Source: Minisyncoccota bacterium
Lineage (GTDB): Bacteria; Patescibacteriota; Minisyncoccia; Phycocordibacterales; UBA9973
Assembly: GCA_041657885.1 (NCBI GenBank)
Contig: JBBABB010000001.1
Coordinates: forward strand, 1,094-65,093
DNA: 64,000 nucleotides
Direction of reading: 5' to 3'
Of the stretch, positions 35,142-44,035 are shown in pieces. The position numbers were made by a program, and so were the translations under genes. The notes under the pieces were generated by a model. That model was not told the origin of the DNA. It searched no databases and saw nothing but the letters and a program-made list of their open reading frames with translations. Positions within the stretch are counted from its first letter, which is position 1; every line of letters begins with the position of its first letter.

Positions 35142-38100
35142 ATGGATAAGAACAACGAAAAGAGCCCACCCGCCTCCGCACAAGGCTATGGCGAGGCAAA
35201 GTCAGCGTTACCCGCCTCTGCAGAACGCTCCGGCGTGGCAAAGCGAGAAGAGGCAATTTTACAATTCTGGAAAGAAAATAAAATTTTTGAAAAAAGTTTA
35301 GAAAAAGAAGCACCAAAAGGAAAGTATGTTTTTTATGATGGTCCTCCTTTTGCTTCTGGTCTTCCTCATTATGGACATATACTTGGCAGTACGGCTAAAG
35401 ATGTAATTGGCAGATATAAAACTATGTGCGGATTTAATGTTCCACGACGTTGGGGTTGGGATTGTCATGGTTTACCAATTGAAAATATTGTTGAAAAAGA
35501 TTTGGGAATTTCTGGAAAGAAAGCCATTGAAGCACTGGGAATTGATAAATTCACCGAACATGCGCGCAGTAAAGTTTTAACTTATGTAAGCGAATGGAAA
35601 AAGACGATAGATCGTATGGGGCGCTGGGTAGATTTTAATAATTCTTACAAAACTATGGACAACACTTTCATTGAAAGTGTTTGGTGGGCTCTTGGTGAGA
35701 TGAATAAAAAAGAATTACTTTATGAAGGAGTCCGAGTGCTTGCTTATTGTCCTCGTTGTGAGACACCGATTGCAAATTCTGAAATTGCCATGGATAATAG
35801 TTATAAAGATATTACAGATATTTCTGTATATGTGAAATTCCAACTTACAGAGGCTTCACATTCTCAAATTTCTTCGTGCTTTACCCTAAAGGGCTCCGAC
35901 GCGACGAAGAAATTAGAAAATGTTTTGACTATTTATCTATTGGCTTGGACGACGACTCCGTGGACGCTTCCCGGGAACACTGCTATTGCTATCAATAAAA
36001 AATTAAATTATGTATTAGTAAAAAATAAAATAGAGACAGGAGAAGAAATATTAATAGTGGCAAAAGAACTATTTGAAGGATTAAAAAATAAATTTAACAA
36101 TCCTGAGATAGTAAAAGAAGTGAAAGGCAGTGAACTTATAGGTCTTTCTTATGAACCATTATTCTCATATTATAAAAATAAAGACGTGGCAAAAAATCCA
36201 AATATTTGGAAAATTTGGCATGCCGATTTCGTAACGCTTGATAAGGGAACGGGTGTTGCTCATCAGGCTCCAGCTTTTGGAGAGGATGATATGGACCTTG
36301 CCAAGAAAAATAATGTTCCATTTATTCGTCATGTTGAACCGAATGGTGATTTCTCAAAAGAGATTACCGATTTCCCAAATGTAAAAGTCAAACCCAAAGA
36401 AGACCATCAATCTACAGATATCCTTATTATCAAACACCTTGCCCATGCTGGGCTTCTGTTTGCCAAAGAAAAAATTATTCACTCATATCCGTATTGTTAT
36501 CGTTGCGAGACACCGCTTCTTTACTATGCGTTGCCATCTTGGTTTGTGAATATTCAAAAAGTTAAAAATGATTTAGTAAAAAAAGGTGAAGAGATGAATT
36601 GGATTCCAGCGCATTTGAAAGAAGGACGTTTCAAAAATACAATGGAAAGTGCGCCTGATTGGACCATATCTAGGAATCGTTATTGGGCAAGCCCACTTCC
36701 TATTTGGAAAAATAAAGAGGGTAGGGTGATGGTAGTAAATTCACTTGAAGATTTAAAAATAAAAACAAAAAAATCAGGGAATAAATATTTTGTGATGAGG
36801 CATGGAGAATCAGAAGGAAATCTCAATGGACTTGTCAGTTCTTCTTATGAAGAAGATGATAATTTAACGGAAAATGGAAAAAGACAAGCTGAAGAAGCAT
36901 CTATAGGGTTAAAAAATAAAAAAATTGATTTAATTTTTTCTTCTCCCATTAAAAGAACCAAAGAAACAGCTGAAATTATGTGTTCCGCATTAGGTTTAGA
37001 TAAAAAAAATATTATTATAGATGATAGAATTCGTGAAATTTCTATTCCTGATTATGAAGGAAAAACATGGACAGAGTTTCGTAAAGATTTTCCTAATACA
37101 ATAGAAAACTTTTATCATATTAAAGAAAACAATGAATCATACAATGATGTTAAAAAAAGAGTTATGAATTTTCTTTATGAAATAGAAGAAAAATATAAAG
37201 ATAAAAATATTCTGATTGTTACTCATGCAGGTCCAATATGGCTTGCAATTTCAGGGGCTATGGGTTTTGATGCTAAAGAATCACTGAATATAAAGAATAT
37301 AGATACTTCTGGTAAAAATGCGGAATATCGAGAATTAGATTTTACTTTTATTCCTCACAATGAAAATTATGAGCTTGATTTACATAGGCCATATATTGAT
37401 TCTGTAACACTTGTTGATGAAAAAGGGGAAGAATATAAAAGAATTCCAGAGGTTGTGGATTGTTGGTTTGAGTCTGGCTCAATGCCATTCGCGCAAGACC
37501 ATTATCCATTTGAAAATAAAAATTGGCAAAAAGAAAATTTCCCAGCAGGATTTGTGGCTGAATATATAGCTCAAACAAGGACATGGTTTTACTATACTCA
37601 CACTATTTCAACAATACTTTTTGGGCATGCTCCATTTGAAAATGTGGTAACGACAGGAACTATTTTGGCAGAGGATGGGAGTAAAATGTCAAAATCAAAA
37701 AATAATTATCCAGACCCTTGGCTTTTGTTTGATAAATATGGAGTGGATGCTCTTCGTTTTTATCTGATGTCTAGTACTTTAATGAAAGGGGAAGATGTAA
37801 ATTTTTCTGAAAAATTAGTTCAAGAAGTTGCCAGTAAAATAGTTAACCGTTTTGACAATGTCATGGCTTTTTATGAATTGTATAGGAGTAAAGAAGTAGA
37901 AAGTAGTAAGGAAAAAATAGTAAGTAAAAATATTTTAGACCAGTGGATAATCGCGCGAACTTCACAATTTATTAATGAAGTGAAAGACAGTATGGAAATT
38001 TATGATATGGCACAAGCTGCAAAACCTTTTGATTTATTTGTTGAAGATCTCTCAACTTGGTATTTGCGTCGTTCGCGTGAAAGAATAAAAAATGGAGATG

Positions 38101-38789
38101 AAAATGCAAAACAGACACTATATTTTGTTTTAAAAACCGCCATTCAACCCTTCGCACCATTTATGCCTTTTATTGCAGAAGATATTTGGCAGAAATTAAA
38201 ATTTAATTCTGATCCAGAGAGTGTCCACTTAACAAACTTTTTCTTAGATGTTGAAACTAAAAAAATTGATAATAAAATTATCGAAGAAATGCAAAAAGCG
38301 CGTGAGGTTGTGACGCTTGGATTACAAGCTCGGCAGAAAGCGGGGATTCCGGTGAGACAACCGTTAAAAGAATTACGAATTACGAATTACGAATTACGAA
38401 AAGAATACGAGGAGATAATAAAAGATGAATTAAATGTAAAAGAAATTAAAATAATTAAAGGCGAAGAAGAGAAAGTTGAATTGGATACAAATATTACAGA
38501 AGAATTAAAGAAAGAAGGGCAATATCGCGAGCTTGTTCGAGCCATACAAGATATTCGTAAGAAAAATGGATTAAATCCAAATGATATTGTAACTCTCCAG
38601 ATTTCTGCTTCAACAGAAGGACAAGAATTGATAAATAAATTTAAAAAAGAATTAATGAAGGCAGTTAGTGCAAAAGAAATACAAATTAAAGAAAATAATG
38701 GGGTACCTGCCCGCAATACTTCTGGTACAGCTGATGCAGGCGGGGAAATAAAAATTGATGAATTAATATTTATAATTAGTCTTATATAA
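35142..38789 (+). CDS. ileS: Isoleucyl-tRNA synthetase carrying an embedded histidine-phosphatase-superfamily domain
   Basis: Class I motifs HYGH and KMSKS, plus WTISRNRYW and DCWFESGS. A ~190-aa insert between these two blocks (~36760-37340) carries RHGESEGN and THAG motifs. Confidence 0.9.
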   Translation: MDKNNEKSPPASAQGYGEAKSALPASAERSGVAKREEAILQFWKENKIFEKSLEKEAPKGKYVFYDGPPFASGLPHYGHILGSTAKDVIGRYKTMCGFNVPRRWGWDCHGLPIENIVEKDLGISGKKAIEALGIDKFTEHARSKVLTYVSEWKKTIDRMGRWVDFNNSYKTMDNTFIESVWWALGEMNKKELLYEGVRVLAYCPRCETPIANSEIAMDNSYKDITDISVYVKFQLTEASHSQISSCFTLKGSDATKKLENVLTIYLLAWTTTPWTLPGNTAIAINKKLNYVLVKNKIETGEEILIVAKELFEGLKNKFNNPEIVKEVKGSELIGLSYEPLFSYYKNKDVAKNPNIWKIWHADFVTLDKGTGVAHQAPAFGEDDMDLAKKNNVPFIRHVEPNGDFSKEITDFPNVKVKPKEDHQSTDILIIKHLAHAGLLFAKEKIIHSYPYCYRCETPLLYYALPSWFVNIQKVKNDLVKKGEEMNWIPAHLKEGRFKNTMESAPDWTISRNRYWASPLPIWKNKEGRVMVVNSLEDLKIKTKKSGNKYFVMRHGESEGNLNGLVSSSYEEDDNLTENGKRQAEEASIGLKNKKIDLIFSSPIKRTKETAEIMCSALGLDKKNIIIDDRIREISIPDYEGKTWTEFRKDFPNTIENFYHIKENNESYNDVKKRVMNFLYEIEEKYKDKNILIVTHAGPIWLAISGAMGFDAKESLNIKNIDTSGKNAEYRELDFTFIPHNENYELDLHRPYIDSVTLVDEKGEEYKRIPEVVDCWFESGSMPFAQDHYPFENKNWQKENFPAGFVAEYIAQTRTWFYYTHTISTILFGHAPFENVVTTGTILAEDGSKMSKSKNNYPDPWLLFDKYGVDALRFYLMSSTLMKGEDVNFSEKLVQEVASKIVNRFDNVMAFYELYRSKEVESSKEKIVSKNILDQWIIARTSQFINEVKDSMEIYDMAQAAKPFDLFVEDLSTWYLRRSRERIKNGDENAKQTLYFVLKTAIQPFAPFMPFIAEDIWQKLKFNSDPESVHLTNFFLDVETKKIDNKIIEEMQKAREVVTLGLQARQKAGIPVRQPLKELRITNYELRKEYEEIIKDELNVKEIKIIKGEEEKVELDTNITEELKKEGQYRELVRAIQDIRKKNGLNPNDIVTLQISASTEGQELINKFKKELMKAVSAKEIQIKENNGVPARNTSGTADAGGEIKIDELIFIISLI
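38371..38398 (+). repeat. GAATTAC heptamer x4 in-frame inside ileS
   Basis: gaattacgaattacgaattacgaattac encodes ELRITNYEL. Confidence 0.6.
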
Positions 38790-38790
38790 T

Positions 38791-39234
38791 ATGTTACCAA
38801 TTAAGCAATGTTATGGAATTGTTGTTGTTCTTAAAGAAGAACAATATAAATTTCTAATTCTAAAACAAGAAGATACTAAAGATAATAATAACTGGAGTTT
38901 TGCAAAAGGTCACGCAGAAGAAGGTGAGACACCAAAAGAAACAGCGATTAGAGAGTTGGAAGAAGAAACGGGAATAACAAAAATTGATATTCTTGATTTT
39001 CCACTTATTCATGAAGAATATGAGCTTATTTATCATGATGGGAAACATTTAAAAGTGAATGGATATTTTATAGGCTTTGTTAAAGAAAAAAAAGTTAAAA
39101 TTGATGAAAAAGAACTTAATTCTTATAAATGGGCAACATATGAAGAAGCTTTAAATACTTTTAGTCATGAAAGTCGCAAACAAGTGTTAAAAGAAGCTCA
39201 AAAATATATAAATAAAAATGGACTCACAAAATAA
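38791..39234 (+). CDS. NUDIX hydrolase
   Basis: Nudix box GHAEEGETPKETAIRELEEETGI. Confidence 0.75.
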   Translation: MLPIKQCYGIVVVLKEEQYKFLILKQEDTKDNNNWSFAKGHAEEGETPKETAIRELEEETGITKIDILDFPLIHEEYELIYHDGKHLKVNGYFIGFVKEKKVKIDEKELNSYKWATYEEALNTFSHESRKQVLKEAQKYINKNGLTK

Positions 39235-39850
39235 AAAATTAGTTATATTTGATTTTGATGGAGTATTGGTGGATACTTTGATTATGCACTATAAGATAAG
39301 TAGTAAAGTTAATAAAGGCATATCTCTCAACACGTTTAAATCATTTTTTGAGGGAAATATTCACAAAGCAATTAGGTTTGACGGAACACCAAAAATTCGA
39401 CACCATAATTTCAATGAGCTTTATAAACAACATACTCGTGAGTTGGTAATCCCTGAAATATTAAAAAATATTTTAAAAAATCTATCTGAAATGTATAACT
39501 TAGTAATAATTTCTTCGGCAGATACTTTTTTAATAAATGATATTTTGAATAAAGAATGTGTTGGAGTTTATTTCCAAGATATTTTGGGGGCAGATATGGC
39601 TCGTGATAAAACTGAAAAGATAAAAACTATTCTAAATAAATATAATATTGGATCTGAGAATTCAGTATTTGTTACTGATACATCTGGGGATGTCAGAGAA
39701 GGTTTTAAATGTGGAGTAAAATCTATCGCAGTAACGTGGGGATTCCATGACAGAAAAACGCTAGAAAACGCTAATCCTATCGCTATTATTGATGACCCAA
39801 GAGATTTATTGGGTGCGATAAAAAATGCCTGCCCCGTAGGAGATTTTTAA
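39218..39850 (+). CDS. HAD-superfamily hydrolase
   Basis: Motif I LVIFDFDGVLVD. Confidence 0.75.
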   Translation: MDSQNKKLVIFDFDGVLVDTLIMHYKISSKVNKGISLNTFKSFFEGNIHKAIRFDGTPKIRHHNFNELYKQHTRELVIPEILKNILKNLSEMYNLVIISSADTFLINDILNKECVGVYFQDILGADMARDKTEKIKTILNKYNIGSENSVFVTDTSGDVREGFKCGVKSIAVTWGFHDRKTLENANPIAIIDDPRDLLGAIKNACPVGDF

Positions 39851-39879
39851 AATCTCGTTCGGGGTGTTAAAATAGGGAT

Positions 39880-40446
39880 ATGAAAAAAGTATTTATGGTA
39901 CATGGATTTAAGGGAGAGCCAAATGGAGGTTGGCGACCTTGGCTTATGGGGGAACTTGCAAAGAAAGATATATACGCTTGTGCTTTACCAATGCCAAATC
40001 CTAATGCACCAGATAAAGAAGAATGGGTAAAAACAATAAAAGATGCAGTTGGAGAACCCACAGAAGAAATATTTTTGATTGGGCATTCTCTTGGTGTTCC
40101 TGCTATTTTAAGATATTTAGAAACTTTACCAAGTGAATCAAAAATTGGTGGAGCTGTCCTTGTGTCTGGTTTAATATATGAGATTAAAGAAAATGGTTAT
40201 GATTCTCTGAATAGTTTCTTAAACACACCATTTGATTTTAAGAAAATAAAAAGTGTTTGTGAAAATTTTGTAGTAATTCATGGTGATAATGATAAATCTG
40301 TTTCATTTGAAGAAGGGCAAGCTCTTTCTAAAATACTTTATTGTAATTTAATTTCTATACCTAATGGTAGCCACTTAAATGGATCTGCTAGGTTTTATAA
40401 ATTACCTGAAGCACTGGATTCTTTACTAAAAATGATAAAAAACTAA
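39880..40446 (+). CDS. Alpha/beta serine hydrolase (YdeN/RBBP9-like)
   Basis: GHSLG nucleophile elbow. Confidence 0.55.
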   Translation: MKKVFMVHGFKGEPNGGWRPWLMGELAKKDIYACALPMPNPNAPDKEEWVKTIKDAVGEPTEEIFLIGHSLGVPAILRYLETLPSESKIGGAVLVSGLIYEIKENGYDSLNSFLNTPFDFKKIKSVCENFVVIHGDNDKSVSFEEGQALSKILYCNLISIPNGSHLNGSARFYKLPEALDSLLKMIKN

Positions 40447-40490
40447 CATAACGACTTTTCGCGGTCGTCAAAAAGTGTTATACTTATTAT

Positions 40491-40982
40491 ATGAACAATA
40501 AATATAGAAATACTTTTTCTGAAGAGCTAATTGCTTTTTTGTTTTCGTGTAAATCTCATAAAATGCGAAGAGCGATTCTATATGAATTTGCTAAAAAAAG
40601 ATTTGAGATGGAAAAGTCTGTTTATAATCAGAATATATATCGTCTAAAAAAGAATGGTTTTTTAATTCAGGACGAAGATGTTTTTTTTCTTTCTTTAAAG
40701 GGGGTTTCTTATTACACTAATCCGTATAGACATATTAAAGAAAAAATAGATAAGAAAAATAAAATAATTATTATTTTTGATATACCGGAAAATAAAAGAA
40801 AAGTTAGAGAATGGATAAGAAGCCAAATAAAATTTTGGGATTTTGAAATGATCCAGAAGAGTGTATGGGTGGGGTATGGGCCATTACCATCTGAATTTAT
40901 GAGTCGTTTAAGGATGTTGGGAGTATATGATGGAGTGAGGATTTTTAACGTACAAAGTAAAAATAGTACCGTAACGAAATAA
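40491..40982 (+). CDS. Small winged-HTH plus Cas2/VapD-like-pattern protein (paralog B)
   Basis: IIIIFDIPENKRKVREWIRSQIKFWDFEMIQKSVWVG matches paralog A (28862-29338). It is flanked by ~21-bp direct repeats (40460-40481 / 40985-41004). Confidence 0.35.
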   Translation: MNNKYRNTFSEELIAFLFSCKSHKMRRAILYEFAKKRFEMEKSVYNQNIYRLKKNGFLIQDEDVFFLSLKGVSYYTNPYRHIKEKIDKKNKIIIIFDIPENKRKVREWIRSQIKFWDFEMIQKSVWVGYGPLPSEFMSRLRMLGVYDGVRIFNVQSKNSTVTK

Positions 40983-41040
40983 TGCGGTCGCGAAATAGTG
41001 TTATGGTTTAGTTTTAGGAAATTTGTGCTAAAATAAAGGT

Positions 41041-41433
41041 ATGAAAACTATTTTAGTTGATGCTGTACATTGTTTTATAATAGAAAGAAAAGGAAAATTT
41101 GTCGTTTTTGCAGATATGTATAAATTACTTGAAGAGTACCTGAACAGAAAGATTGTCTTAACTGGTGCAAATGACGAGGAAATAAAAAAATTTGAATTAG
41201 ATAATATACCTTATCAATACTTTACTCTAAAACATAACCCTGAAAAAACTAATCCTGAGTATTATAAAACACTACTGGCTAACCTAAATTTAAAGGAAAA
41301 TGGAGTAATTTATTTTGAACATAATATAAATGCTGTTAAAAGTGCTCAATCTATTGGAATGAATACTTATCATTATGATAATGATAAAAAAGATTTAGAA
41401 AGTTTAAAAAATTTTCTAGACGATAATTTGTAA
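41041..41433 (+). CDS. Hypothetical, HAD-like small protein
   Basis: ILVDAVH near the N-terminus; weak evidence. Confidence 0.3.
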   Translation: MKTILVDAVHCFIIERKGKFVVFADMYKLLEEYLNRKIVLTGANDEEIKKFELDNIPYQYFTLKHNPEKTNPEYYKTLLANLNLKENGVIYFEHNINAVKSAQSIGMNTYHYDNDKKDLESLKNFLDDNL

Positions 41434-41476
41434 TAAGAATATTTTCCTAGAACCTAATCACTAGAACCTAACTCAC

Positions 41477-42061
41477 ATGCATCACATTTATCACACACAT
41501 GGATTTATATTAAGCTCTCGAAACACTGGCGAGGCGAATAAAATGTTCACGATTTACACTCGCGAGATGGGACTTGTGCGTGCAATGGCTCAAGGTATAC
41601 GGTTACACAAATCAAAACTTCGTTTTACCCTTCAAGATTTTTCTTATATTAATGTTGACTTAGTTAAAGGTAGGGAATTGTGGCGAGTTACTTCAGCCAA
41701 ACATATTTCTTCATTCCCATTTGCAAGAAGTAGTACTCCATCTCTTCTTTTGATTACAAGAATTAGTAAATTACTAGAACGACTTTGTACTGGAGAAAGC
41801 CCAAGTGAAAATATTTTTAATGATTTTATTCAAGCACTTTATTTATTAGATGATGAAAACATGACACCTCATTCTCGAGAAGCGCTTGAGTTACACCTTG
41901 TGCTTAGGATTATGAATAGTCTCGGATATATAGGAGATTCAGATATTTTGTCAAAGTATTTGTCTTCTTCGTTTGATTATAATAAAACAGAGATGTTACT
42001 TAAAGAGCGACAGTCCATAATTGCTTATATAAATAAAGCACTAAATGAGAGTCAATTATAA
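41477..42061 (+). CDS. recO: DNA repair protein RecO-like (short form)
   Basis: N-terminal OB-fold pattern (GFILSSRNTGEANKMFTIYTREMGLVRAMAQGIR). Confidence 0.55.
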   Translation: MHHIYHTHGFILSSRNTGEANKMFTIYTREMGLVRAMAQGIRLHKSKLRFTLQDFSYINVDLVKGRELWRVTSAKHISSFPFARSSTPSLLLITRISKLLERLCTGESPSENIFNDFIQALYLLDDENMTPHSREALELHLVLRIMNSLGYIGDSDILSKYLSSSFDYNKTEMLLKERQSIIAYINKALNESQL

Positions 42062-42087
42062 AGTTAAATTATGATATAATAAAACGT

Positions 42088-43974
42088 ATGCCCGAAGATA
42101 GTAAAAATAAAATTGAAGATGTAAAAAGACACCTCTATGACCCAAATGATAAATCAATGACCCACCAAAGAGAGGGTATATTACACCAGATAAGTCACAA
42201 TGTACCGCTTGAATGGAAAGAAGATAGTCAAACTAAATCGGAAGATAATATGAAGAATAAATTTAAAAAACCACCAGTATCAATATTTAAAAAGTTTTTT
42301 GTTGTCTCAATTATTTTTTTTATAGGAGCTTTGGGTTTTGCTTTCTATAAATTTTCTAATAATGATGTATCCGTATCAAGCGATAAGATAGATATAGAGG
42401 TTATTGGTAATTCTTTTACTAAAGGTGGAGATGAGTTGCCTCTTCAAATTGAAATTACTAATAATAATAATGCTAGTCTTGAACTCGCAAACCTTGTTAT
42501 AGAATATCCCAAAGGGGCAGATGATAGTGTTAATGATGTTGTTCGTCTACCTCGAGATGCTATAGGCACAGTAAAGCCCGGGGAAAGTATTATTAGAAAT
42601 ATTAAAGTTAAACTTTTTGGAGAAGAGAAATCAATTCGTAATATTAAAGTTAGCTTAGAATATCACCCCGAGGGTTCTAATGCAATTTTTACTAAAGACA
42701 AATTATATCCTGTCACAATAAGTTTGGCGCCGCTGTCTCTCATCATAGTGGCTCCTACTAGTATCTCTTCTGACCAGCCTATTTCATTTGAGATAACAGC
42801 TACATTAAATACTTCTTTACCAAACGAGAATACAATGTTGCAAGTGTCATACCCTAATAATTTCGTTTTTGATAGTGCTATACCAGCTCCTTCCTTAGGA
42901 AATTCTACTTGGGACCTTTCATCTATTACGGTCACAAACCCAGTAACCGTTGAAGTTAAAGGGCGTCTCATAGGTGAGGATGGCGATGAACAAGTATTTC
43001 ATGTTTATGCGGGGACAACCAATCAAACTAACCGGTCAGTAATAAATGTAATTTACAGTTCTATTTTGCAGAAAATTTTAATAACAAAGCCATTCCTTGA
43101 AGCGCATATTTTAGTTAATGGTCAAGACCAGACAGAGTACGCTGTTTCGGGAGGAACAACAGTTAACGGAGAGATAGCTTGGGCAAATAATTTACCAACA
43201 CGAATAACAGATGGACAAATTATTGTAAGTTTATCTGGTAATGTTTTTGATAAGAGTATGGTTAATTCAACTAATGGTTTTTATGATTCAGCGAATAATC
43301 AAATTATATGGGACAAGAATTCAGTCTCTGAATTATCAGAAATAAATCCCGGGGAAAAAGGAACAGCTTCATTTAGCTTTAAAATACCTTCTCTCGTTGG
43401 TTTATTAAATACTATTAAAGACCCACAAGTTTCTATTAAGGTCAGTATCAAAGGGAGACAACCACAACTTGGTTCTACTTATACTGATGTGAATAATTTT
43501 TCTGAAAAAGTGGTAAAGGTATTGTCTGATTTTCAGATTGCTTCATCTGCAACTTATCTTTTGGGAAGCATACCACCAAAAGCAGAAACTGAAACAAAGT
43601 ATACGGTTACTTGGACGCTTTCAAACTCTGCAAACAATATATCGGGAGCTCAAGCACGTTCTACATTACCAATATATATAAACTGGACTGGTGTTACAAC
43701 TGGAGAAAATGAAAATGTGACCTATAATGAAGTTTCTCGTGAAGTAATCTGGAATATAGGTTCGGTTCTTCCCAATACAGGGATAGATTCAAATCGCGAA
43801 GTTTCTTTTATTATTTCTCTTAAACCATCTTTATCTCAAGTAGGTAGTGTCCCTCAACTTATGAAAGAGATTTATCTTTCAGGGATGGATTCATTTGCTA
43901 ATGCTTTAATTAAAAATACTCGTGGCGTCATTACAACCTCATCAATTGGTGGTGATGGAAGGGTTACACAGTAA
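42088..43974 (+). CDS. Membrane-anchored cell-surface protein (unknown function)
   Basis: Single TM after ~75 aa, then a long beta-rich extracellular region. Confidence 0.4.
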   Translation: MPEDSKNKIEDVKRHLYDPNDKSMTHQREGILHQISHNVPLEWKEDSQTKSEDNMKNKFKKPPVSIFKKFFVVSIIFFIGALGFAFYKFSNNDVSVSSDKIDIEVIGNSFTKGGDELPLQIEITNNNNASLELANLVIEYPKGADDSVNDVVRLPRDAIGTVKPGESIIRNIKVKLFGEEKSIRNIKVSLEYHPEGSNAIFTKDKLYPVTISLAPLSLIIVAPTSISSDQPISFEITATLNTSLPNENTMLQVSYPNNFVFDSAIPAPSLGNSTWDLSSITVTNPVTVEVKGRLIGEDGDEQVFHVYAGTTNQTNRSVINVIYSSILQKILITKPFLEAHILVNGQDQTEYAVSGGTTVNGEIAWANNLPTRITDGQIIVSLSGNVFDKSMVNSTNGFYDSANNQIIWDKNSVSELSEINPGEKGTASFSFKIPSLVGLLNTIKDPQVSIKVSIKGRQPQLGSTYTDVNNFSEKVVKVLSDFQIASSATYLLGSIPPKAETETKYTVTWTLSNSANNISGAQARSTLPIYINWTGVTTGENENVTYNEVSREVIWNIGSVLPNTGIDSNREVSFIISLKPSLSQVGSVPQLMKEIYLSGMDSFANALIKNTRGVITTSSIGGDGRVTQ

Positions 43975-44032
43975 TTAAGAATTAAGAATTAAGAATTAAG
44001 AATTAAGAATTAAGAATTAAGAATTAAGAATT
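43973..44032. repeat. AATTAAG heptamer tandem array (7 full copies plus 1 partial) filling the intergenic spacer upstream of glyQS
   Basis: Exact 7-nt period; every unit contains TAA. Confidence 0.8.
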
Positions 44033-44035
44033 AAA

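Noticed and set aside
34940-35316. Small ORFs 34940-35149 (+) and 35068-35316 (-) upstream of, or overlapping, the ileS start
   Set aside because: They overlap the structured leader and ileS 5' end, have no motifs, and are likely non-coding.
36760-37340. The IleRS insert as an intein or a separate inserted gene
   Set aside because: The frame is continuous. There are no intein splice-junction residues (C/S...HN) and no homing-endonuclease motifs. The insert instead carries histidine-phosphatase catalytic motifs.
43973-44032. Possible CRISPR array (regular short repeats)
   Set aside because: The units are 7 nt and perfectly tandem with no spacers. CRISPR repeats are 24-48 nt separated by unique spacers. 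No cas1 or cas2 operon is adjacent.
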